Shown here one piece after another: positions 55,718-64,000 of a DNA stretch of 64,000 nt. The translations under genes were made by a program, and so were the position numbers. This DNA is from Candidatus Binataceae bacterium. GTDB taxonomy: Bacteria; Desulfobacterota; Binatia; Binatales; Binataceae. The stretch lies in NCBI GenBank assembly GCA_963789715.1, contig CAWBLQ010000003.1, positions 523,916-587,915 on the forward strand, in the 5' to 3' direction. Every line of letters starts with the position of its first letter. The stretch's first letter is position 1. Under the pieces are notes generated by a model. That model was not told the DNA's origin, made no database searches, and was given only the letters and a program-made list of their open reading frames with translations.

Positions 55718-56926
55718 ATGGATTTTCCACGAATCAAACGGCTGCCGCCCTACGTCTTCAACGCGATCGGAGAATTGTGTCTGAAGGCGCGGCGCGCCGG
55801 CGAGGACATAATCGACTTCGGGATGGGAAATCCCGACGAAGCGACCCCGCCGCACATCGTCGCGAAGCTTATAGAGGCGGCCTCCAAGAACGCCAACCAT
55901 CGCTACTCGGTCTCGCGCGGCGTGTACAAGCTGCGGCTTGCGATCTGCGACTGGTACAAGCGGCGCTACGGCGTCGAGCTGGATCCTGATTCGGAAGCGA
56001 TCGTTACTATTGGATCGAAGGAAGGCATCGCACACCTGGCGCTGGCGATTCTCGACCAGGGCGACGTGGTGCTCGCGCCGACGCCGACCTATCCGATCCA
56101 TCAGTACGGATGCATCATAGCGGGCGCGCAGGTGCAGGGCGTGCCTATTCGCCGCGGCGAGGAATTTTTCGACGAGTTGATGGCGACGGTGAATCGATGC
56201 TGGCCGCGGCCCAAGTTCCTCATCATGAACTTCCCGCATAACCCGACCACCGCGACCGTAGATTTGCACTTCATGAATCGGGTGGTCGAGTTCGCGCGCG
56301 AGAACGACATCATGGTCGCACAGGACTTCGCGTACGCGGACCTGTGCTTCGACGGCTACAAGGCGCCGTCGATGATGCAGGTGGCGGGCGCGAAGGACAT
56401 CGGCGTCGAGTTCTTCACGCTGTCGAAGAGTTACAACATGCCGGGCTGGCGGGTCGGCTTCGCGGTCGGCAACCGCGAGATGATCGCGGCGCTGGCGCGG
56501 CTGAAGTCGTACTTCGACTACGGGATGTTCGCGCCGGTGCAGGTCGCGGCGATCGCGGCGTTGAACGGACCGCAGGAGTGCGTCGCCGAGATCAACGCGA
56601 CGTACAAGCGGCGGCGCGACGTGCTGGTCGAAGGACTCAACCGGGCAGGGTGGCCGGTGGAGAAGCCCAAGGCGACCATGTTTGTATGGGCGCCGATTCC
56701 CGAGCCGTTCCGCCCGATGGGCTCGCTGGAGTTCGCCAAGTTTCTGCTCGCCGAGGCCAAGGTCGCGGTCTCGCCCGGGATCGGTTTCGGCCAGGACGGC
56801 GACGGCTTCGTGCGCTTCGCGCTGATCGAGAACGAGCATCGAACGCGCCAGGCGCTCCGCGGAATTCGTCACGCGCTGCGCGCCGGCCAGCCCCCGATTC
56901 CGATTCGCGCCGCCAGCGCCTCGTAG
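55718..56926 (+). CDS. PLP-dependent aminotransferase, class I (AlaA/AspC-like)
   Basis: ..IDFGMGNPD.., ..[14 protein letters not shown].. (PLP Lys) and about 400 aa. Confidence 0.85.
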   Translation: MDFPRIKRLPPYVFNAIGELCLKARRAGEDIIDFGMGNPDEATPPHIVAKLIEAASKNANHRYSVSRGVYKLRLAICDWYKRRYGVELDPDSEAIVTIGSKEGIAHLALAILDQGDVVLAPTPTYPIHQYGCIIAGAQVQGVPIRRGEEFFDELMATVNRCWPRPKFLIMNFPHNPTTATVDLHFMNRVVEFARENDIMVAQDFAYADLCFDGYKAPSMMQVAGAKDIGVEFFTLSKSYNMPGWRVGFAVGNREMIAALARLKSYFDYGMFAPVQVAAIAALNGPQECVAEINATYKRRRDVLVEGLNRAGWPVEKPKATMFVWAPIPEPFRPMGSLEFAKFLLAEAKVAVSPGIGFGQDGDGFVRFALIENEHRTRQALRGIRHALRAGQPPIPIRAASAS

Positions 56927-56952
56927 TAAAACCGCGAAGTATAGGGGATAGG

Positions 56953-57741
56953 TTGAACTCTTTAGCGCGGGGTCATCGAGGGCTCGGCCTGATTTGTGCG
57001 CTGTTGTTGGCGTGTCTCATCGCATTGCCAATTATAACGGGGGCGGCAGGCTCCGATGAGGATTTGACTAAAGCAGACTGGTCGGTGAACGCGCCCCACG
57101 ATCTCGCGCACAACCCGCCATCAGAGGGAGCCGTGAGGAGCTTTATGCGAAACCTGGCGAATTCTGTCGGAAGCATTACGAATCAAGTGTGCGATGTTCA
57201 GTTTGCCGATTTGAAGCATGACGGCACGTTATCACTGGTGTTGGGTGACGACGGTGGTGGTACCGCCGATTGCAATTACACCGAGATCTTTGACAAAAAC
57301 GCTGGGAAAACTGATGAGTACTTCCTTGACGCGTATATCGGTACTCCTGGTGTAGAAGACATCAATGGTGACGGACACTTCGAAGTGGTCGTGGATGAGA
57401 TAGCGGGCGTCGAATACGAAGGATCCGAGAACAGGAGCGGAACGTACTCGACTTGCTCAGCTTGTGTTGCATGCTACGAGTATTGGCCGCGGGTATATGG
57501 TTGGACGGGAAGCGGATATACCGACGTAAGTTCTCAATATCCCAAATATTACGAGCGCGAGCTTGCATCTCTGAAAAAGCAGATGGCAGTGGCGTCGGGT
57601 CCAAGAGATCTGGATTGTTTGAAAGCAGAAGCTGTGAAGATCGAGCACTTTCTGGATATCTCGAAGAACGCCGGGATGAGCGACGCGATAAGATGGGCGA
57701 ACAGCACCAATCCTGGACCGTCCGCTTTTGAACACTTTTGA
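56953..57741 (+). CDS. Secreted hypothetical protein with a Ca-binding-like DxNGDG motif (TTG start inferred)
   Basis: (M)NSLARGHRGLGLICALLLACLIALPIITGAAG is a signal peptide. ..DLKHDGTLSLVLGDDGGGTADC.. and ..EDINGDGHFEVVVDE.. are FG-GAP/EF-hand-like. The start is inferred from the signal peptide in frame with the track ORF 56344-57741. Confidence 0.4.
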   Translation: MNSLARGHRGLGLICALLLACLIALPIITGAAGSDEDLTKADWSVNAPHDLAHNPPSEGAVRSFMRNLANSVGSITNQVCDVQFADLKHDGTLSLVLGDDGGGTADCNYTEIFDKNAGKTDEYFLDAYIGTPGVEDINGDGHFEVVVDEIAGVEYEGSENRSGTYSTCSACVACYEYWPRVYGWTGSGYTDVSSQYPKYYERELASLKKQMAVASGPRDLDCLKAEAVKIEHFLDISKNAGMSDAIRWANSTNPGPSAFEHF

Positions 57742-57820
57742 ACGGTCGCCATAGGTTGATGAGTTGCGCCGACTTCCGCGAGCAAGCAGTGAAGCTGTCT
57801 AAAGCCGGGGGCATTTCTCG

Positions 57821-59128
57821 GTGAAACCGGTACGGATTGCGCTGCTCGGATGCGGTACCGTGGGCGGCGGCGTGGTGAAGCTGCTGCTGCGCAATCCCGG
57901 CAAATACGAGCGCATCCTGGGCGCGCCGCTGGAGCTGGCGGCGGTGGCGGATCGAAGCCTCAAGCCCGACGACGTGCCCGGCTTGCCGGCCATGCTGATC
58001 ACTCGCGACGCCGCGGCGCTTGTCACGCGTCCCGATATCGATATTGTCGTCGAGCTGTTTGGCGGTCACGAGCCGGCGCGCGCGCTGATCATGAAGGCGC
58101 TGGCGGCGGGCAAGGACGTCGTGACCGGCAACAAGGCTCTGCTCGCGGAGCATGGCGGCGAGATTTTTCGCCTGGCGGGCAAGCACGGCCTGGCGGTCGG
58201 CTTCGAGGCGAGCGTCGGCGGCGGCGTCCCGATCATCCGCACGCTGCGCGAGGCGCTGGCAGGCGATCGCCAGCGCGCCGTTTATGGAATCGTCAACGGC
58301 ACCTGCAATTCCATCCTCACTACGATGACGGAGAACGGCGTCGAGTTCGGCTCCGCGCTCGCCGACGCGCAGGCGAAGGGCCTGGCCGAGGCGAATCCCG
58401 CGGTCGATGTCGAGGGGCATGACTCAGCCCACAAACTTTGCCTGCTGGTGACGCTGGCGTTTGGCGTGTTGGTGAAGCCGGCGCAGATTTACACGGAAGG
58501 GATCACGCAAATCACGCAGGCGGATATCGGGTATGCGCGCGAGCTCGGCTACGCGATCAAACTGCTCGCGATAGGCAAGGATGACGACGGCGCAATCGAG
58601 GCGCGGGTGCATCCGACGATGATTCCGGTTCGCCATCTGCTGGCGGGCGTCGGCGGCGCGTTCAACGCGATCTATATCCACGGCGACGCGCTTGGCGCGA
58701 CAATGTATTCGGGACTCGGCGCGGGCGAGATGCCGTCGGCGACGGCGGTGATGGCCGATATACTTGAAATTGCGCGGCACCGGTTGGCCGAGGGTTCGGC
58801 GCGAACTCACGCGTTTGGGTTTCCGATCCAGCTGATGAAAGGCGCCAGTGTCAAGCCGATGGACGACGTGGTATGCGAGTATTACCTGCGGTTCACGGCG
58901 CGGGATATACCCGGGGTGCTCGGCGCAATCGCGTCGGTGCTCGGCAAGCACGGGCTGTCGATCGCGTCGGTAATCCAGAAGGAGCGCGCGGCGGCGCGGA
59001 CGGTGCCGGTCATCATGCGGACGCATGACGCGCCCGAGCGCAGCTTGAAACGCGCGCTGGCAGAGATTCGAAGGAAGAAAATCGTGCAGTCGAACCCCGC
59101 GTTTATCCGAATCGAGGAGAGACTTTAA
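57821..59128 (+). CDS. hom: Homoserine dehydrogenase
   Basis: VRIALLGCGTVGGGV (NAD-binding), the catalytic domain and a C-terminal ACT domain. Confidence 0.9.
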   Translation: MKPVRIALLGCGTVGGGVVKLLLRNPGKYERILGAPLELAAVADRSLKPDDVPGLPAMLITRDAAALVTRPDIDIVVELFGGHEPARALIMKALAAGKDVVTGNKALLAEHGGEIFRLAGKHGLAVGFEASVGGGVPIIRTLREALAGDRQRAVYGIVNGTCNSILTTMTENGVEFGSALADAQAKGLAEANPAVDVEGHDSAHKLCLLVTLAFGVLVKPAQIYTEGITQITQADIGYARELGYAIKLLAIGKDDDGAIEARVHPTMIPVRHLLAGVGGAFNAIYIHGDALGATMYSGLGAGEMPSATAVMADILEIARHRLAEGSARTHAFGFPIQLMKGASVKPMDDVVCEYYLRFTARDIPGVLGAIASVLGKHGLSIASVIQKERAAARTVPVIMRTHDAPERSLKRALAEIRRKKIVQSNPAFIRIEERL

Positions 59129-59131
59129 GCG

Positions 59132-60235
59132 ATGGCGTCGGAGGCGAAGAGCGGATCGAAAAATCGGCGGCTGTTTCACTGGCCAGGCCTTATCGAGCAC
59201 TACCGGCGCTTCCTGCCGGTGACCGATTCGACGCCGATCGTCACCCTGAACGAGGGCAACACGCCGCTTATCGAGGCGCCCGCGATCGCTGAACGGCTCG
59301 GGATAAATATCAAGGTCTACTTTAAGTTCGAGGGCGCCAATCCCACGGGGTCGTTCAAGGACCGGGGCATGACGCTGGCGATTTCCAAAGCGCTGGGCGA
59401 GGGCGCTCGCGCCGTAATCTGCGCCTCGACCGGCAACACGGCGGCGTCCGCGGCGGCCTACGCGGGCCGCGCCGGGCTGAAGGCGTACGTGCTGATTCCC
59501 AAGGGCGCGGTGGCGCTTGGCAAGCTGTCGCAAAGCGTGATGCATGGCGCGCGCGTGCTCGAGGTGATCGGCAACTTCGACATCTGCCTGAAAGTCGTGC
59601 GCGACCTGGCGGAGCGCGATCCGGTCAAGATTCGGCTGGTCAACAGCATCAATCCCGATCGAATTGCTGGGCAGAAGACGGCGGCGTTCGAGATTTGCGA
59701 TCAACTGGGCGACGCGCCGACCCATCATTTTCTGCCGGTCGGGAACGCCGGGAACATTACCGCCTACTGGGCGGGTTACCAGGAATACAAGTCGGTCGGA
59801 CTCAGCCAGCGAGTCCCGAAGATGATGGGCTATCAGGCGGCCGAGTCGGCGCCAATTGTCGTCGGCCATCCGATCGACGATCCGCATACGGTTGCGACGG
59901 CGATCAAAATCGGCAATCCCGCGAGCTGGAAGGGCGCGACCAGCGCGCGTGACGAGTCGGGCGGGATCATCGACATGGTGACCGATTCGGAGATCCTGGC
60001 GGCGTATCGGCTGATCGCGAGCGGCGGCGTATTCGCGGAGCCGGCGTCGGCCGCGTCGGTGGCGGGACTGCTCAAGTACGCGGGCGCGGGACTGCTCAAG
60101 CCGGGCTCAGTCGTCGTGTGCACGCTCACCGGCCACGGCCTGAAGGATCCGGACACGGCGCTGAAAAACTTAAGTAACACGATCGTGGTCGAACCCGACA
60201 TCGCGAAAGTGCTGAAAATCCTGGAGCGCGAGTAG
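59132..60235 (+). CDS. thrC: Threonine synthase
   Basis: ..[15 protein letters not shown].. (PLP Lys) and ..CASTGNT.., about 360 aa. Confidence 0.9.
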   Translation: MASEAKSGSKNRRLFHWPGLIEHYRRFLPVTDSTPIVTLNEGNTPLIEAPAIAERLGINIKVYFKFEGANPTGSFKDRGMTLAISKALGEGARAVICASTGNTAASAAAYAGRAGLKAYVLIPKGAVALGKLSQSVMHGARVLEVIGNFDICLKVVRDLAERDPVKIRLVNSINPDRIAGQKTAAFEICDQLGDAPTHHFLPVGNAGNITAYWAGYQEYKSVGLSQRVPKMMGYQAAESAPIVVGHPIDDPHTVATAIKIGNPASWKGATSARDESGGIIDMVTDSEILAAYRLIASGGVFAEPASAASVAGLLKYAGAGLLKPGSVVVCTLTGHGLKDPDTALKNLSNTIVVEPDIAKVLKILERE

Positions 60236-60243
60236 GCGGCGCT

Positions 60244-61161
60244 ATGAACATGGAACGAACCGAAGAACTCGCGATGTTCCGGACCGCGCTCGAAATCGCC
60301 GATCTTCATCCTGCCGCGGTCAGGTTGCCGGACGACCACCAGTTGATCATCGGCGCGATGCGCTTTCACTACCTCGATTGGGGCGGCTCGGGCACGCCGA
60401 TACTTTTCCTGCACGGCGGCGGCATCAACGCGCACACCTGGGATTGCGTGGCGGTAATGCTCGGCGAACGCCATCGATGTATCGCGCTCGATCAGCGCGG
60501 CCACGGCGACAGCGAATGGTCACCGGTGGTCGATTACCGGATCGCGGCGCATGTTGGGGATATCGAGGGGTTTATTGAGACGACTGGGCTGCAACGCCCG
60601 ATAGTGGTCGGGCAATCGATGGGCGGTCTCAATTCGATCGCGTATGCGACGCGCCACAGCGATCAAATGCGCGCGATGGTGATTGTCGATGTGGCGCCGG
60701 AGATCAGCGCGTCGGGCGCGGAGCGCATTCGCGAATTCTCCTCGATTCCCGAGCTCGATTCGCCACAGGCATTCCTCGAACGCGCGGTCAGATTCAATCC
60801 AATTCGCGATCCCGCTGTGTTGCGCCGCAGCCTTCACTACAACCTCCGCCAAACGCCGGCAGGCAAATGGACTTTCAAGCACGACCAGCGGCGCCGGTCC
60901 GATGATGCAACGCGCTCCTTCGCTGAGGAACGCGCGCGGCTAGTGTCGGACCTTTCCAGGATCAGATGCCCAACGCTGGTAGTGCGCGGAGCGTTGAGCG
61001 ATGTGCTCACCGACGCTGCCGCCGAGAAATTCGCGCGCTCGCTGCCCGATGGCCGATGGGTACGGGTCGAGAAGTCGGGCCACAACGTGCAGGGCGATAA
61101 TCCGCGCGCTCTCCTTGATGCGATGCTCGCGTTTTTCCGCGAAGCGAGAATTTCCGGATGA
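60244..61161 (+). CDS. Alpha/beta hydrolase
   Basis: ILFLHGGGINAHTW and VVGQSMGG (GxSxG). Confidence 0.8.
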   Translation: MNMERTEELAMFRTALEIADLHPAAVRLPDDHQLIIGAMRFHYLDWGGSGTPILFLHGGGINAHTWDCVAVMLGERHRCIALDQRGHGDSEWSPVVDYRIAAHVGDIEGFIETTGLQRPIVVGQSMGGLNSIAYATRHSDQMRAMVIVDVAPEISASGAERIREFSSIPELDSPQAFLERAVRFNPIRDPAVLRRSLHYNLRQTPAGKWTFKHDQRRRSDDATRSFAEERARLVSDLSRIRCPTLVVRGALSDVLTDAAAEKFARSLPDGRWVRVEKSGHNVQGDNPRALLDAMLAFFREARISG

Positions 61162-62384
61162 AGTACATTATCATACACGGCGACGGGATGGCTGATTGGG
61201 CGTGCGAGGAGCTCGGCGGGAAGACGCCGCTTGGGGCCGCGCACAAGCCCAACATGGACCTGCTCGCGACGCGCGGGACGCTTGGCATGGTCGCGACGAT
61301 TCCCAAGGGCATGCCGTCGGGGAGCGACGTCGGCACAATGACGATGCTCGGCTATGACCCGGCGCGGTATCACACCGGGCGCGCGCCGATCGAAGCGGCG
61401 AGCCAGGGAATCGAGATGGGGCCGCGCGACGTGGTGTTTCGAATGAATCTTGTGTCGTTGAAGCCGAGCGACGGCGCGATGATCATGAACGATTTTACGT
61501 CGGGCCATATTACCAGCGAAGAAGCCGCGCAGATCGTCGCCGACCTGCGGGCGGAACTGGCCGGCGGCGGAATCGAGTTCTTCAACGGCGTCAGCTACCG
61601 GCATCTGATGATGTGGCGCGGCGGAGTCGCGACGACGCACCTCACACCCCCGCACGACATCACGGGCAAGCCCGTCGAACCGCATCTGCCCAAGGGCGCG
61701 GGTGCGGACTTGCTGCGCGACCTCACGCGGCGTTCGGCGGAGATTTTACGCGAGCATCCGGTGAACAAGGCGCGCCGCGCCGCCGGCAAGGCCGAGGCAA
61801 CCTCGGTGTGGTTCTGGGGGCAGGGCACGCGGCCCTCAGTGCCGACATTGAAGGAGCGCTTCGGCGTCGAGGGCTCGGTGATATCGGCAGTCGATCTGGT
61901 CAACGGGCTGGGCCGGCTGGCCGGACTGAACTTGATCAAGGTTCCGGGCGCCACGGGATTTCTCGACACCGATTACGCAGCGAAGGCGCGTTACGGCCTC
62001 GAATCGCTCAAGTCGCGCGACTTCCTGCTGCTGCATATCGAGGCGCCCGACGAGGCCGGCCACATGGGCCGCGCCGATCTGAAGAAGGAAGCGATCGAGC
62101 GGATCGACGAGTTGATCATCGGGCCGATGCTGGCGGAGCTGGGCACGTTGGGTGATTTTGCGATCCTGCTGATGCCGGATCATGCGACGCCGAGCCAGCT
62201 CAAGACTCATTCGCCGGAACCCGTGCCGTTCGCGTTGATGACCTCGGCGCAGTTCAAGTCGGGCAGCGGCGTGCCGCGCCGCTATACCGAAGTGGACGGG
62301 ACCGCGACGGGACTGCTCGTCGGCGACGGTTATCACCTGATAGAGTCGTTGTTCGGACGGCCGTTGAATACCGCGTCGAACTGA
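61158..62384 (+). CDS. apgM: Cofactor-independent phosphoglycerate mutase, archaeal-type (ApgM / alkaline-phosphatase superfamily)
   Basis: MKYIIIHGDGMADW...HKPNMD...ATIPKGMPSGSDVGTM matches the ApgM N-terminus. Overlaps the preceding stop. Confidence 0.7.
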   Translation: MKYIIIHGDGMADWACEELGGKTPLGAAHKPNMDLLATRGTLGMVATIPKGMPSGSDVGTMTMLGYDPARYHTGRAPIEAASQGIEMGPRDVVFRMNLVSLKPSDGAMIMNDFTSGHITSEEAAQIVADLRAELAGGGIEFFNGVSYRHLMMWRGGVATTHLTPPHDITGKPVEPHLPKGAGADLLRDLTRRSAEILREHPVNKARRAAGKAEATSVWFWGQGTRPSVPTLKERFGVEGSVISAVDLVNGLGRLAGLNLIKVPGATGFLDTDYAAKARYGLESLKSRDFLLLHIEAPDEAGHMGRADLKKEAIERIDELIIGPMLAELGTLGDFAILLMPDHATPSQLKTHSPEPVPFALMTSAQFKSGSGVPRRYTEVDGTATGLLVGDGYHLIESLFGRPLNTASN

Positions 62385-62396
62385 CCCGGGAGGCCC

Positions 62397-63353
62397 TTGA
62401 TGGAGCGGAATCTTGCCCTCGAAGTGGTGCGCGCGACAGAAGCCGCGGCGCTCGCGGCGGCGCGTTTCATCGGCAAGGGCGACGAGCGGATGGCGGATCG
62501 GGCGGCGTGCGACGCGATGCGCAAGACGCTGAACTCGGTCGCGATGGACGGCAAAATAGTGATCGGCGAGGGCAAAGAGGGCGACGCCGAGTTTCTTTAC
62601 GAGGGCGAAATAGTCGGCACCGGCGCGGGCACTGAAATCGACGTCGCGCTCGACGCGATCGAAGGTTCTCTCATCTGCGCGACCGGCGGCCCCAACGCCC
62701 TGTCGTGCGTCGCGCTGGCCGAGCGCGGGCGAATTCTGCGCTGCCCCGATACCTACATGGACAAGGTCGCGTGCGGCCCGGCGGGGCGCGGCGTGATCGA
62801 CATCGACCGGTCGCCGACCGACAATCTCAAGGCGCTGGCCGAAGCCAAGAAAGTCTACGTCGAGGACTTGCGGGTCGCGATCCTCGATCGCCCGCGGCAC
62901 GAAAAGCTCATCAACGAAGTCCGCCGCGCCGGCGCCGGGATCAAGATGATCTCGGCCGGTGACTTGTCCGCCGCGATCGCCACCACTCGCCCGGAGAGCG
63001 AAATCGACATGCTGATCGGAATCGGCGGAGCGCATCAGGGCGTGCTGGCTGGCGCGGCGATTCGCTCCGCCGGCGGCGAGATGCAATGCCGGTTCGTGCC
63101 GCGCAACGGAGAGGAAGCCGAGGCATGCCTGGCGATGGGGATCATGGATTTGAAGCATCGCTACACGCTGGGGGAGCTGGCGGGAGAGAACGTGATGTTC
63201 GCGGCGACGGGTATAACCACCGGCGACTACCTCCGCGGCGTGCGGTTTTTCTCCGGCGGCGCGAACACCAACAGCGTTGTGATGCGCTCGAAGACGCGCA
63301 CCGTCCGCTTCATCGAGGCGATTCATCATTTCGACTTCAAGCCCGAGTATTGA
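62397..63353 (+). CDS. glpX: Fructose-1,6-bisphosphatase class II
   Basis: ..LALEVVRATEAAALAAARFIGKGD.. and ..IDVALDAIEG.. are the GlpX signature, about 320 aa. Confidence 0.85.
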   Translation: MMERNLALEVVRATEAAALAAARFIGKGDERMADRAACDAMRKTLNSVAMDGKIVIGEGKEGDAEFLYEGEIVGTGAGTEIDVALDAIEGSLICATGGPNALSCVALAERGRILRCPDTYMDKVACGPAGRGVIDIDRSPTDNLKALAEAKKVYVEDLRVAILDRPRHEKLINEVRRAGAGIKMISAGDLSAAIATTRPESEIDMLIGIGGAHQGVLAGAAIRSAGGEMQCRFVPRNGEEAEACLAMGIMDLKHRYTLGELAGENVMFAATGITTGDYLRGVRFFSGGANTNSVVMRSKTRTVRFIEAIHHFDFKPEY

Positions 63354-63356
63354 GCA

Positions 63357-63548
63357 ATGTGGCTGCGCGTGACGATGGATAACAAGCCGGTGATGATCAA
63401 CGGCGACCGGGTGGTGAAAATCGTGGAGATCCCGGACGGCAAGGGGCGCCGCGGATGCCACGTATATCTCTCGCTCACCGAGTACCTGGTCGTCGATCAG
63501 TCGCTGCGCGAGATGATGATTTCGCTCGGCTTCGAAGATCGGCAGTAG
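63357..63548 (+). CDS. Small hypothetical protein (weak FlbD-like pattern)
   Basis: LRVTMDNKPVMINGDRVVKIVE loosely resembles the FlbD N-terminus VTRLNGKPFVLNAELIKYVE. Weak call. Confidence 0.3.
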   Translation: MWLRVTMDNKPVMINGDRVVKIVEIPDGKGRRGCHVYLSLTEYLVVDQSLREMMISLGFEDRQ

Positions 63549-63575
63549 TCCGTGCCAGGCTCGCAATCGGGGCCG

Positions 63576-64000
63576 ATGGAAGGTGACGTAGTCGTTCGCC
63601 GCAGCGGGCGCATCGACGGACTGTTCGGCGCGATGGCGCCGGGCAGTGTGCTCGATATCCCGGCAGGCGGAGCGATCCAGTCGCGCGCGCTGTCGGAGCT
63701 GGGCTACCGCGTCGTGTCGGTCGACCTTTTTGCGCCGGCGCAGCGGCATCCGGCGGGCGCATGGATCTGCGCGGATGCCAACGACGTGCTGCCGTTTCGC
63801 GACGCGGCGTTTGACTACGTGCTGTCGCGCGAAGGGATCGAGCATCTCGAAGATCAGATGGGCTTTCTCCGCGACTGTGCGCGCGTGATCCGGCCGGGCG
63901 GGAAGATCGTGCTGACCACGCCCAACCTGATGCATCTGTCGGCGCGGGCAAGCGGCTTTCTGACCGGGCAGCGCAATCTGCGGCGCGGCTTGATCAACGA
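63576..64000 (+). CDS. Class I SAM-dependent methyltransferase (5' partial; continues past the window end)
   Basis: Open frame from the ATG at 63576 to the window end. It is not in the track because no stop is reached. ..VLDIPAGGA.. and ..IRPGGKIVLTTPN.. are Methyltransf_11-like. Confidence 0.55.
   Translation, partial: MEGDVVVRRSGRIDGLFGAMAPGSVLDIPAGGAIQSRALSELGYRVVSVDLFAPAQRHPAGAWICADANDVLPFRDAAFDYVLSREGIEHLEDQMGFLRDCARVIRPGGKIVLTTPNLMHLSARASGFLTGQRNLRRGLIN

Overview
This is a high-GC (about 65%) bacterial chromosomal window. Features pointing to a Gram-negative organism: LptB, a GspC-like PDZ protein, a Flp pilin, BON and other lipobox lipoproteins, and DacC. The coding is mostly housekeeping and accessory metabolism: NDP-forming acyl-CoA synthetase, SppA, acyl-ACP desaturase-like, DacC, several GNATs, a 2OG oxygenase, an ArsR/SRPBCC pair, plant-type glutamate-cysteine ligase, a DinB-family protein, glpK, lptB, a K+ channel, suhB, acyl-CoA dehydrogenase, ubiB, MFS, FAH, SDR, aminotransferase, hom-thrC-apgM-glpX.

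The most interesting candidates, in order:

1. **RiPP-like operon at 22045-24235.** A small secreted peptide ends in a Trp/Arg/Asn tail with strict 3-residue periodicity (..WRNWRNGGWRGWGWPNWHNWRNWRNW). A radical-SAM/SPASM enzyme follows 61 bp downstream, and then an unassigned protein.
2. **A ~9.9 kb genomic island inserted at tRNA-Arg(CCG), 36649-46554.** The tRNA 3' half is duplicated as an att repeat (38/41 identical) and the tyrosine integrase is frameshifted. Cargo is a third paralog of a secreted NHL beta-propeller family, a Ser/Thr/Ala periodic-repeat Cys-rich secreted protein, and a possible Toprim-motif protein.
3. **Three paralogous secreted NHL-repeat proteins.** They share a near-invariant Cys-containing C-terminal tail and have Thr/Ala/Pro linkers of 12, ~70 and ~260 residues, encoded by tandem DNA repeats.
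4. **A duplicated ~25-30 nt motif** with a CACGCGTG palindrome, one copy upstream of each of two tandem genes next to a divergent ArsR regulator.

A Flp pilin gene at the window start (<60 aa) is missing from the ORF track. Many long ORFs in the track are high-GC antisense overprints and were rejected. Coordinates of features not taken from the ORF track are approximate (±1-3 nt). All functional calls rest on motif recognition by eye, not on searches.
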